A DNA stretch of 64,000 nucleotides from a virus. The notes below the pieces were generated by a model that made no database searches, was not told the origin of the DNA, and worked only from the letters and a program-made list of their open reading frames with translations. The position numbers were made by a program, and so were the translations under genes. The DNA lies in IMG/VR virus record IMGVR_UViG_3300042880_000408, positions 6,736 to 70,735 of that record. One strand, 5' to 3'. Positions 8,913-20,900 of this stretch are shown piece after piece; the stretch's first letter is position 1; each line of letters begins with the position of its first letter.

Positions 8913-11900
8913 ATGGGTGATTTCCTAGAAATGTTTCGTGAAGCAGAGAGGCAGAGTGCTACTGGTAGCTTGGCGCAAACTACAACACCAGAGGTAGACG
9001 GCGATTCTGCTTCGCGGCTGTTTGCTGAAACGACATACGAAGACCCTCGCGAACAAGCTATTATCGACAGCAGGAAGAAGTATCCAGGGAACGAATTTCT
9101 CGATATGTTTTCGCTCGTGGAAAAGAAAGACGAAGTTGATGTTCGCCGTCGGCAGCGTGCCTTTGCCGAGAGGTCATCGCTTAGCGATCCGGATACTTAC
9201 ATTGCAGCAACTAGAATGTTGCTTAGTACTGGAGATCGCTACGATCAGCTTGCCACCCTTCGCAAGCTTACTCCTGAGCAGCGAAAGTTGGCGTTGAAGT
9301 TAGCTCCTGGAATAGGACAGCAATTGGGAGACGATCGCGGCGGAGCGGTTTCGCAAACTATTGATGCCTTTAGTCGTGGTGTATCTGGCTACGTACAGGC
9401 TGGCATGGAGTTTGTGGGGATGGGCGGAACACAGGAGGAGGTAGACTACCTTCGTAAGCTCAACTCGGCATCTCAGGAGTTCGCTCCTGCGCGCCCAGAC
9501 GATCCTTGGTATCAGAGAGGTGCGATGCAAGCTGCCGAAATGACTCCTGCCATGGTGACGATGGGAGGGGCTGGCGTTCTCGGAGGCGTGGCTGGGAAGG
9601 CTGCTGGTACGGCGATTGGAAGAGCAGCTGCTGCTGGTGTCCCTGGAGCGAAAGCGGCGTTTCAGGCTGCTGGTGCGGTTGGTCGAATTCCAGCCGCAAT
9701 CGGGATGAAAGGCGCAACGACAAAATCTGTGTTTGCTGGCGCCGGAAGTTCGGCTGGTGTTGCGGCATCGTCATTGCCTCAGATGTATTCGCAGGAAAGA
9801 GAATCGCTTAGAGAACTTGGGATGGAGGATGATTGGAAGTTGCGACTGCTTGCTGGTGCTACAGCGGTAGTAGGCGGGTTGGTGGAAAGTATTGTTCCGA
9901 ATCCTTTCGCAGGTAGCATGTCCATTAGGAACGGGGCGATGAACGCAGCTCGCAAATACCTTTGGGAGGCGGTGAAAAGGTATCCTTTGGAACTTTCAGA
10001 AGAAGGACTGCAAGGCGTTACGAGTGGGCTTGGTGAATACGTTGCTCAATACATTGCGAGCGAGAAAGAGCTTGATTTTGGTGACGGAGAAGTTGTCAAA
10101 AGCAACGGAGTAAAGAAAAAAACGATTGCCGATGCGTTTAAGAAGGGTTGGGAGCAAACTAAAGAATCTGCTCTTCCTCTGGCGTTTTTAATTGGCGTTC
10201 CTGCGGTTGGAGGTGCAGGTGTGTCTGCGGCGAATGCAAGGCGATATCAACTTGAGTCCGAAACATTTAGAAATGGCTTGTTTGGTGATGATGGGGAGAA
10301 CGCATTTCCAGACGTTTCATCGTTCAAAGATATTGGTGGTGGTGAAGAAGATTTAGCTTCCGTTCGGGCTAGGAGAATGCTTTTAGAAGGTGTTGTTGCA
10401 CAGGAAAGCGTTTCCAGGGATGAAGCAAGACAGTTCGGTCTTATTGGAAAAAGAGAAAAGGTCAATGCAAAAGAGCGATTAGTGAGAGCTACGGAGGAGC
10501 TTAATAGACTAAGAGAAAGGGAAAACAGCTTAATGTCTGTGTCAGGTCAATCCGATCTGCAGGCTGCGACCCAGATGCCTATTCCATCGCCGGAAATCAC
10601 TGACACCGCGTCACCGACATCGATTCCGCAGCCATCGCAAGCTAGTTCTCCGCCTGCCCCCTCTGCCATACCTCCATCACAAGGGAACACCGCAAGGAGA
10701 AGCGATTACTTGGTTCAAACCCAAAGTAACGGGGAGGTGAATGTAGCAGTATTGCGTAGTGAAGACGGTTCTGCTGCGTTGTTCGTAGGTGACGCAAGAG
10801 TTCCTATTCAATACAACGCTGAAGCTGCCGCTGGCAAGAGCGATCAGGAGTTGTTGGCTTACTCGTTGGATCCTCTCGGATTCCAGGGGGCCGTTGAAAT
10901 GCCACAGGCAGGATCTCCTCAAGGTCAGCCAGTGCAGCAAAGTAGCGTTGCGGATGTTCGGGCTCCGATCGCTCCACCGCAAGCAACTGGCCAGCAAGCT
11001 GGCGTCGGAACGGTGCAGCCACAGGTTCAGCCTCAACAAGCACAACCCGGTATGCAGCAACCCCTCCAGCCTCCTCCTGTCGTCTCCCCAGGCGTGAACG
11101 GGGCTGTTCCGTTGCAGACCGCAACGCAAAACATGCCGTTGCGGAACCAGCAAGCTCCAGCACCAGCAAGCCCATTTGATTCGCAACTCGCGGGCTCGCA
11201 AGTTCAGGGCGTGAATACGCAGCAATCTCCTTCTGCGATAGCTCGGCCTACAGTTCAAGCTGGAATACAATCCGGACAGCTTCCAACAAACCCGTTTGTG
11301 GAGGGCGAACAGCAGCAGGAGACTCCACAACAGCCCAAAGGGGGGTTGCAGGGTGCTGTTGAATCTCTCGACAGAGCAGCAGACAACGATCACAAAAGCA
11401 TTAGGAGAGCGGGTGATAGCGTAGATGATGTGCTTTCATACCATGGGGAGATGGGAATAAAAGCCGATGGTTCAGAGGATCCATACGAAACAGTAGACCC
11501 AAGCGTAGGTGTTAAATTTGATGCTCATGGTTTATCAAAGGGAACACCAGATTCGCAAGCCAGACAGCTAGACAGTTTGCTAAGTAATGGGGTTGACTCA
11601 AGCAGGGATTTTTTTACTGCGCCTTTTGAAGTAGATAAAGATAACAAGGCAGCATTAGCGGCAGGACTTGGTACGGCAGGCGGCACTGCGCGGAAAAATG
11701 GCGTGGCAGTTGTGACTGGAGGGTATGGTCTTTCAATAAAAGACGGAGGCATTGTCAATGTGTTCATTAACGATGCAATGAAGGAGTTGAAGGCTGCTGT
11801 AGAAGCAAAGTACGGTAAAATCTACAACGTGCATTTTCTGTCTGAGCAAAAAGCTGTCCTTGAGTCACAGGCAGCCAAGCAATCCGAACAGCTTCCAACA

Positions 11901-14900
11901 AACCCGTTTGATTCGCAACAAGAGCTTCCGCAAAGTACAAATCCATTTGATGAAGAAAGCGGGCAGCATTCGCCGCAAGTCGGTAAGGAGCTATGGCAGA
12001 AGCGGCTGGAAGAAGTCGAGTCTGGATTAACTTCAACCGACGATTACGTGCAATGGGAGTCTGCTGTGCGGCAGGCTATCTCCAACGGTGAGGACGTTCC
12101 TGCTGATGTTCTGGAGGATTTTCAAAATTGGGAGGAGCTTGGAGCGGCATTGGATGGATCCACCAAAGAATCGCAACCGACAACTCAGAGCAATTCGGTG
12201 GCTAAGTCTGAGACGTCCAGTAAAACCGATGAAGGACGACCAGGGCCTAGCGAGCAAGCCGCTGCCGATTCAACTGAACCTCCTGTTGAGAGGAAATTAA
12301 AGCGTGGCAAGAAGCTAAAGGTTGGAAGCTCCGTCACTGATAGCAAGACAGGTGAGCAACTAACTGTTGACGAAGTCATTCACAGTAACTGGGGCCTCGC
12401 GAAGTCTGGCGATCAGGTAGTGTTGGTTAATTTGAACAATGGTTCAACTTACGAAAGGGGACGCCGCGAAAGAATCCTCGAAAAGATGAAGATGGAGGGG
12501 ATAGGCGGTCTCTCATCCGAGCAAGAGCCAGCGGTCACTAAAGGTAAAAAGGCTCCTGGTGAAGAAGCACCTAAGGCGTCAAAAAAGAAAAAGAAGCGAG
12601 CTGCTGGTAATAAAAGCACCGCGAAGAAGAGTGCAGGTGCAAAATCCTCTCTTAGTGGGTTGAGCGATCAAGACCTGAGGAATTTGGCTACCGCCATGGG
12701 GGTTGATGTAGCTGATCGAGATAACGCTTCCATTATCGAAGAGCTGGCTAATAACGAGAGCGTAAAGCGATTTTTTGAAAACGCAAAACCGGAAGCTGAT
12801 GCTACGCCAAGTTCGAAGAGAAACCGACCGGCAGCGCCACGCGATGATCGCAAATCGAAAGATTCGATTCCTGGCGAGATCCTAAATGGAGACGAGAACA
12901 CTAGAGAGGTTCCGTCGAGCGAATTCAACAGCAACGAGCAGAAGCAGGAAAGAATTCTCAAGCGTCTAGGCGTTACCTTGCGAATAATCGAAGGTAACAA
13001 CTGGGGCATTCCTGGAATGTTTTTTCCGCGATCTATGTCGATTTGGCTGAACCGCCGCTACATATCCAGTTTCGACAAGATGTGGTTGAATTCCGGTCGG
13101 CCGAAGGAATCAATGACCTGGGGACTTTTTGCGCACGAATTGTTCCACGCGATCAAAGAAGTCGCGCCGAAAACATGGAACAGGCTGTACACATGGGTCA
13201 GCAAAAACGACCCAAGCAATCTGGGTAAGGCAAAGGTCGCTTACCTCGCTAACTTTATTGACTTGTTCGAAAATGTCTTGCAGGAGGATATCGATGCTTG
13301 GGTTGCTAGAGATCCAAAAAACAGGTCGAAGGCAAACATAAAGATACCCAGCAAGGTGTCGGTTGCTGAGCAGCTTGATTCCGTCATTAAGGCGATGGAG
13401 AAGTTTCCATCGATCGAAGGTGAATCACTCATCAGCGATTTGACGAGCAATGCGGCGGAGAACGTTAGAGAAGTACTTGGAAGCAAAGACATCCAAAACA
13501 ACGAAGGTCTGTCTCGATACTTGGAAGACAGGGCGGGGTTCTTCAATTTCTGGGATAAGCTTGGGGAGAAAGATCCCGGTTTGTTGGCCAAGGTCGGCCG
13601 CTGGATCCTTCGCGTGTTGCGGCTTGCAGAGCCAGGAGAGACCAATCCGAACACGCTTGCTGGACAGGCACGCCAAGCGATTGAAAGGGCGATGAAGGAG
13701 CGGAGTGTTGATTACCCGCCTCGCCAGCGACGCGCTGCTGCAACAAGGCAAAAAGATCGCAAAGCTCGTACGTTAGACGAAGTGCGGTCGCGTGTGGCAA
13801 AGGACTACGCCCTAACTGTATCAACTGACCCAATGCTTCAGATCAATGGCGAGCCGTTTGCTAAGCTGGATCCTAATAAAACAGGCGATGGATTACTAAT
13901 CGATGATGCGGACAACTCGATGCGACGCATGATGGATGAGTCGCTTAGGGAGGCGGGTGTCCCAGAAGAAATAGCATCAACTGTAAAAGTGCCTTCGAGT
14001 GAAGAAGTTGATTACGCATTTCGTTTAACGAATGGGTCTCGCTACTGGTACGAGCTGTCTGCTGTGGGCTTCGTAAAGGACTTTTTTGGATTAAGTAGCA
14101 AGTTAACAGAGCGGCTAATTGACATTATTGCTGGAACCTCTGGAGGGCAAAAGCCGACAGACAACCTGAGGATTGGCGTTGCAGCCATGTCTCAAGACAT
14201 GCAGGGTAGGCCCGTGTCTGTGGGGACTAGAGATGAATCGTCGTTAACTGCCGCTCTTTCTCCAGCTACGCTAGAGACCCATAAGTTCGGAAACTTTTCT
14301 GACACTATGCAGGTGCTTGGAGGATTGCGTCCAGGTGTCAAGCCATTGCCAACAATTGACTTGCAAATGGCCAAGGTGTTTGGTGTTCAACATGCTGCAA
14401 TCGCCAGCGACCCTCGCATGTATGAGGCAATGTCGCGTTTCCTAATTAAACTGCGAAATGCACAGAACGACATGCTTAAGGATAATGAGCAGCCGTACGA
14501 GTCTTGGCAGATACAGGCGATGCTTTGGGTTGCCCAGCGAGACACAAGCGATCCAGACTCCTACAATATTGGGATGCCAAAGGTAGTTGCTCAATTAAAG
14601 CAAGCTGGGATCGCAACTCCAGGAGGAAGAATCACTATAGAGACATTGATGGATCCACGCACATCTGATGTGCTTGCTCCAACGTCAAAAATTATTCCCG
14701 AGGCGTACACTGCTACGATAGAAACGCGAACAAAGCTAACTAAGGTTGGCAAAGAATCTGCTGGAATATTTGAAAAACTAAAATCAATTGATGCTCCGTG
14801 GGCCAGAAATCTGATTGATGAGTTTGAAAAGATTCAGCGGCGTACCATGCGTGCTATTGGTAATCGCCAGCCTCCAAAGCCAGGGAATAAAACACGCCAG

Positions 14901-17900
14901 CGAAGCGTAGCGTCGCAGTTGATATCCGTAATCATGAACAAGTCTCCAGGGTCGCACGAGCTGTCTCGGGTTGACACGGAGGCGTGGGGTACTTTTGAGG
15001 GTGATGCCAGTCCTAACGTGAGGCTTCCGCTCAACCTGAGCCAAACTGGCAGCAGCGAAGAGGGCGGTGGAACGAAGCGATACACGCCGACAACTAATCA
15101 CAAACAGCAGTTTTTGTCTGTTTTGGGTAAGCATCTCAAGCAGGCAGCACAAGCGGCAAGTCAGTTTGTTTCAACGACGTACGGATCTCACGATACGTTC
15201 TCCATTCTTGTCCGTAGATATGACAAGGTGGACATTACCGAGGCTGAATTAGCAGGAATCAGCGCTGGTCTTGGTCGACCAGTCAGTTATAAGAAAGTTC
15301 CAAACGGTTGGCAGTTAGATGTCAATATAGGTGGGATGGATGAGACGGCGGAGCAGAAGGCTGAGAACCGTGATGTCCAACGAATCCACGCCGTTATGCA
15401 GGAATTCGCGTCAACCGGATCGATTGAGTACAAAATTCTTCCAAGGGCGTACGATTCTGTTTATATTGATGCGTCCGAGTATAGCAAACACATAAGGAGA
15501 CTGGAAAATGAAATTCAGCGGAATGTTGACACCGGAGGAAGCCGAGAAGGAGTGGGGTATCCCTCAGAACGGAGAGCTAGTGATTACGCCAATGTCGTCG
15601 AGCAAATCAAAAGCATCGCAGCCGAGCAAGAGTCAGCCTTCAGGAGGTGGACAAAAGACGCAAGAGAGATCGCAGCAAAGCGAGGGATCAATCTTGAAGG
15701 CGAACGAGAGGGTGGACGACGAGCCTCCCCAGGACGAAGAGGTAAAGACGCAACCATCGCCATCAGACGAAGTCTTGGGGCTGATGGAAGAGTATGGAGT
15801 AGATCGTCAGACCGCAGAAAAGTGGGCGGATATGATCTAGTTGCTAGATACCGAGCCGACGCGCCTGAATGGGCCGAGGCTGGTGTCAGTGCTCCTGTTT
15901 TTGTTGAGCTGAAGAAGTCAGAAAAATCAGCAAGGCAGTTCAGCGAGGCTATCACTGCAGCTCGCGAGAGCCAGGGCAAGATGGGAGCCTCCGTTTATGT
16001 CTATCCCGATCAAGACTATCGCGATATGCGTTTGTTCTTGACCGAGGATGGAGAGACTGGCTTTGCGCTTAAGGATACCGGCGAGGCTGGAATCACTGAC
16101 ATCGTGTCGGTGTTTAACACATCCGGAGGGACGCACCGTGGTGTCGTTTATTCGATGATACGGTTAGCCGTCGAAGAGGGTGGGAACACCCTCGACGCAT
16201 TCGACACGTTCTTGCCCGGAGTTTACTCAGCAAACGGATTCAAGGCGGTATCCCGCATCAAGTGGAGCGATGATTTTGCTCTTGAAGGCTGGGATAAAGC
16301 TAGTTACGCTGAGTTCAACAACGGCGAGCCAGATATTGTTTTTATGGCGTATGATCCTCAACAAACGGATCTTTACACCAACGACAGTGGCGATGGTGAG
16401 GTTTTTGGTGATTACTACGAAGCTGTAGCGTCACAGCGTGCAGCGGCAATTAAGAGCAAAGGCAAGCGCAATGGAAAGAAAAAGCAAGGCGGCAGAAGAA
16501 GAGCGTCTCCAGGCAGAGGAGATGAGGGCTTACGCGAAGATCCAGGACAGGATCGATCAGAATATGATAAAAAACGGATGGGTGAAACCCCAGCCTACGG
16601 AAAGCCTCGAGAAGGAGCCGTCAGTTACGTCGGAAGGCACTACTCTCCCCAGCCGCAAGTATCGCTAAGCGGTAAATTTTACGCAACCAACGTCTCTAAG
16701 TTTAGTGGCGGAGAAAGCAAGAGGCTGCGAAACTCCAGCGACAGTCGCATAAAGAATCGCGTCTACTTCTATATCAATACGGCAGGGGAGATTAAGCCGG
16801 AGATGGGGGTAGGCGTGTACGCTCACGAGGTGCAGCTTGATAACCTTTATGATCCAGATTCAAATCTCATTCCCACTAGTCTTAACGCCAATGACTTCGA
16901 GTCGGCAGTTATCGATGCGGGTTTCGATGGATACATAGCAAAGCCGTACGGAATGGCGGTGTTGCTTGGCCCGCAACATGCGGAAGTTCCTGTGCGACGA
17001 GCAACGGAATACGATGTCGGTCGTCGAGCAAGTGTTGGAAGAACGGGATTAGCAAACAAGGAAATAGGCGATGAAACGAAAGTATCCAAAGGTTCGGGCG
17101 GTAGAGCGTCTCCAGTACGAAAAGAAGGCGGACGACCCGAATCGACCAGAGACGGAAGAGGACGGGATCAGGGCAGGAAAATTGCGCCTCTTGCAGGCTC
17201 GCCATCGGTCTCAGGCTTTAACGGGCCGGATCCCGAAATCGTTGCAGTTGCCGAGCGATACGCAAAAGAAAACGGAATCGAGCTCAAGCGACAAGCAGAA
17301 TACGTCAACGTAGACGAAGATAGGGCTAAGCGTATAGCCTCTGCGTACGAGCAAATGAAGCACGATCCTCAGGATCCGAGGGTTAAAGAGGCTTATCAAG
17401 AGCTAATCAAGCAAACCATTGCGCAATACAAGGCGTTGGCTGACGCTGGCTACAAATTCTGGTTCACTGACTTGAACGTTCCGAGCAACGTTGAATACCT
17501 GTCTAGCCCGTACAATTCGTTGCGTGATCTGCGAAATAACAAGCAGATGGGAGTTTTTCCAACCTCGGACGGATTTGGCACTAGCGATCTTGATGTCAAC
17601 GACAATCCATTGCTAGCCGACACAGGGTTCATGTGGCCGTCAGGGGGGATAGACGGTGAGCTAAAACCTGTACTCGCTAATGATCTTTTCCGTGCCGTTC
17701 ATGACGCGTTTGGACATAGTCTGGAGGGGGCTGGGTTCAGGGCAAGAGGCGAGGAGAATGCTTGGCAGGCTCACGTTAGGCTGTTTTATGGGTCTGCTGT
17801 TGGTGCGATCACGAGCGAGACTAGAGGTCAAAATTCCTGGTTAAACTATGGGCCTTACGGAGAGAAGAACCGCACTGCCAAAGTTGAGGACACGGTATTT

Positions 17901-20900
17901 GCGGATCAGAAGACCGGCTTGATGCCTGAGTGGACATGGACTGAAGGTCGTGCTGCTGACATGGAAGAGGCGGGCGATGAAGTTGTTCGCTACTCTCCAG
18001 GTCGTCGAGCAAGTGTTGGAAGAACGGGATTAGCAAACAAGGAAATAGGCGATGAAACGAAAGTATCCAAAGGTTCGGGCGGTAGAGCGTCTCCAGTACG
18101 AAAAGAAGGCGGACGATCCGAATCGACCGGAGACGGAAGAGGACGATATTCGGGCAGGGGCCTTGCGCCGCTTGAGGGCGTCCCATCAAAGCAAGGCTTT
18201 TATGGCCCAGACCCGAGACTGGTTGAAGTCGCAGAAAGATACGCAAAAGAAAACGGAATCGAATTAAAGCGACAAGCCGAGTACGTTGAGGTAGATGTCG
18301 ATCGCGCAAAGCGTATAGCTAACGCATACGCTGAGATGAAGCACGACCCTCAAGACCCCGCAGTAAAAGAGGCGTACGATGAATTGATCAAGCAAACCAC
18401 ATCGCAATACAAAGCGTTGTCGGATGCTGGATACGAGTTTTACTTTATCGACTTGAACAGCGCGGACGGACAGGAGTATGCCTCTACTCCTTGGAACGCT
18501 TTAAGAGATGTTCGCGCCAACAAGCGGATGGGTGTGTTCGCTACTGAGGAGGGGTTTGGATCCTCGGAGGACTTCAATCCGGAGGCTAATCCGCTGCTTG
18601 CGGACACTGGATTTAAGTGGAGTTTAGGAAAAGACGGCCCTAAGAAAAGGGTTCTTGCAAACGATCTGTTTCGCGCCGTGCATGATGCTTTTGGTCATGG
18701 TCTGGAAGGTGCCTCGTTCAGAGCGCGAGGCGAAGAGAACGCATGGCAAGCTCATATTCGTTTGTTTACTGGGCCGGCTCAAGGCGCGATTACCAGCGAG
18801 ACTCGCGGTCAGAACTCGTGGCTGAATTACGGGCCTCACGGTGAGAGCAATCGAAACGCCAAGGTCGAGGACACGATTTTTGCGGATCAGAAGACAGGCT
18901 TGATGCCTGAGTGGACATGGACAGAGGGTCGTGCTGCTGACATGGAAGAGGCAGGCGATGAAGTTGTTCGCTACTCTCCAGGTCGTCAAGCAAAGAGAAA
19001 ACGTGATCCCGAGATCACGAAAGCTGCACAGGATCTGAAAGCTGGTTTGATCGATCGTGATCAGTATCAGAGGATCGTGGATATGCGAATGCCTCTCCGC
19101 AAGTTTGACGAGGTTCCGATTCCGGCCGGCAAAGAAGATATGCTTCGCGGATTAGGCGATCGCAAAGCTGGAGAGCGACTGAAGAGAGATTTAATTCAGA
19201 ATCCAGAAGACATTGCCAAGGGAAGGTTGCTCGAAGCACGATTGGATATTCCGGCCTACGATGAAGAAAACGTCTGGGTGGTCTCTTTACATGAACCTCG
19301 CCCAGATCTGAACAAGGGAAGTGCCGGTCGAGTTGTCGCCTACACTCCGACATCTGTATTTAGAAATGTTACTTTTGGGGTTACCGAAACCGCCGCTCTG
19401 AATATTGCCGCTGGCAAGCCCAAGTCGACAATTGCCACCATGCGAGGCGAGTATGTCCCGATGACTTCGCAGCAAGCTTACGAACTGGCATTGGGTAACA
19501 AGGATCTGTGGGTTGAGATTGGTATGAATCCCATACGTCACACCTACTTCTATGATAAAGACACGCAGACCCCAGTGGTGTCAGCGAAAGAGGTGGTGCA
19601 AGTTGGCGGAATGGTATTAGCTAAGAACCCAGTGTTTGGAAAACGAGAGAACTATCGTTACTCTCCGGGTCGAGGCAATAAAGACGACGTTCTCGCTGCG
19701 TTGTACAAGCACCTCGAGAAGGAAGGGGTAATAAAACCGCAGGCTGTAAATCTTCCGCAAGCCGCTGATGAGAAGACGACCAGTGTTAAGAATCGCAAGA
19801 CAGATGAATTGCGAGAAGAAGCTGGTTATCCACCAAGAACACCGCCAGCAAAGGAGTCCTTTGAAGCATGGGAGTCGCAAGCTCGCCAGAAGTATCCAAC
19901 GGCGAAAGATCGTTTGGAGCTTTTGTCGCAAGCGGAGAGAAACCCAGAGATGCTTGGGAAGATAGAAAGCGCAGCTATTGGTCAGCATATCGCGTATCTG
20001 AACAATCGCAGAGAAGCTGGAGAAAACGTCAGCGCAGAGCTGTTGCGTACGATTAAAGTGGCCAACGTTGTCGGCACGGAAGCTGGTCGCGCGTTAGTTA
20101 GTCGCAAGGCAGAACGCTTCAGCGACTTCTCATTGGCTGGTCTCATTAGCGAACACATCAGGACGGTGGGCAAAGATCCGAGCGAAGCACAGATGCGTGA
20201 GTACGCCGAGCTTGCTGATCGAATCGCGAAGCTTGAGGCTGACAACAGAAAGTTGTCGAGAAAGCTGGCAAGAGAGACCATCAAGAGGAAGAAAGCCGAA
20301 GCAGGCAAGGAGACAGCTCCAAAGCCACAGCCAGAGGAGCCCAAGAAGGGTACTAAGAAGGCGGCATTGGTTAAGAAAGTATCCGATGCCTTTTCGGTGT
20401 TCCAGAATTTGTGGAGCGGTGGCAATCGTCCTGCGGCTCGTCGCAATCTGCGGCCTCAAACAGAAGCTTCTTCACTTAAGATAGCTGGAGATGTAGTTGA
20501 CGGAAGAAAAGTTAAAATTCCTGTTCCTAATATGTCTTCGATAAAAGCAAGCTTAGAAGATTACGAAGTATTAGAAGGAATTCGTGAAGTTCCGCTATCG
20601 AAGTTTAGTGTCACTGGAAAACCAAAGTACTATTCAGTTAGCGAAGAGTCGAGAACCAAGAAGCTCTCGCAACAGATAAAAGACTCTGGCATCATATCTC
20701 CGTTGATAGTTGTTGAAGATAATGAAGGATTTTATGTCCTTGAGGGTGGTCATAGGTTTGATGCACTCAGAGAGTTGGATGCAAAATCGTTTCCCGCTGT
20801 AGTTGTTCGAGACCTTAGCACTGCAAACAGGACTCGTTACTCTCCAGGTCGCCAGACAGAATCATCTGCGTTTAGAGAGTGGTTTGGCGATAGTAAAGTA

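Noticed and set aside
17019-18986. Diversity-generating retroelement TR/VR pair
   Set aside because: No reverse transcriptase in the window; differences are not adenine-specific and both copies are in-frame coding
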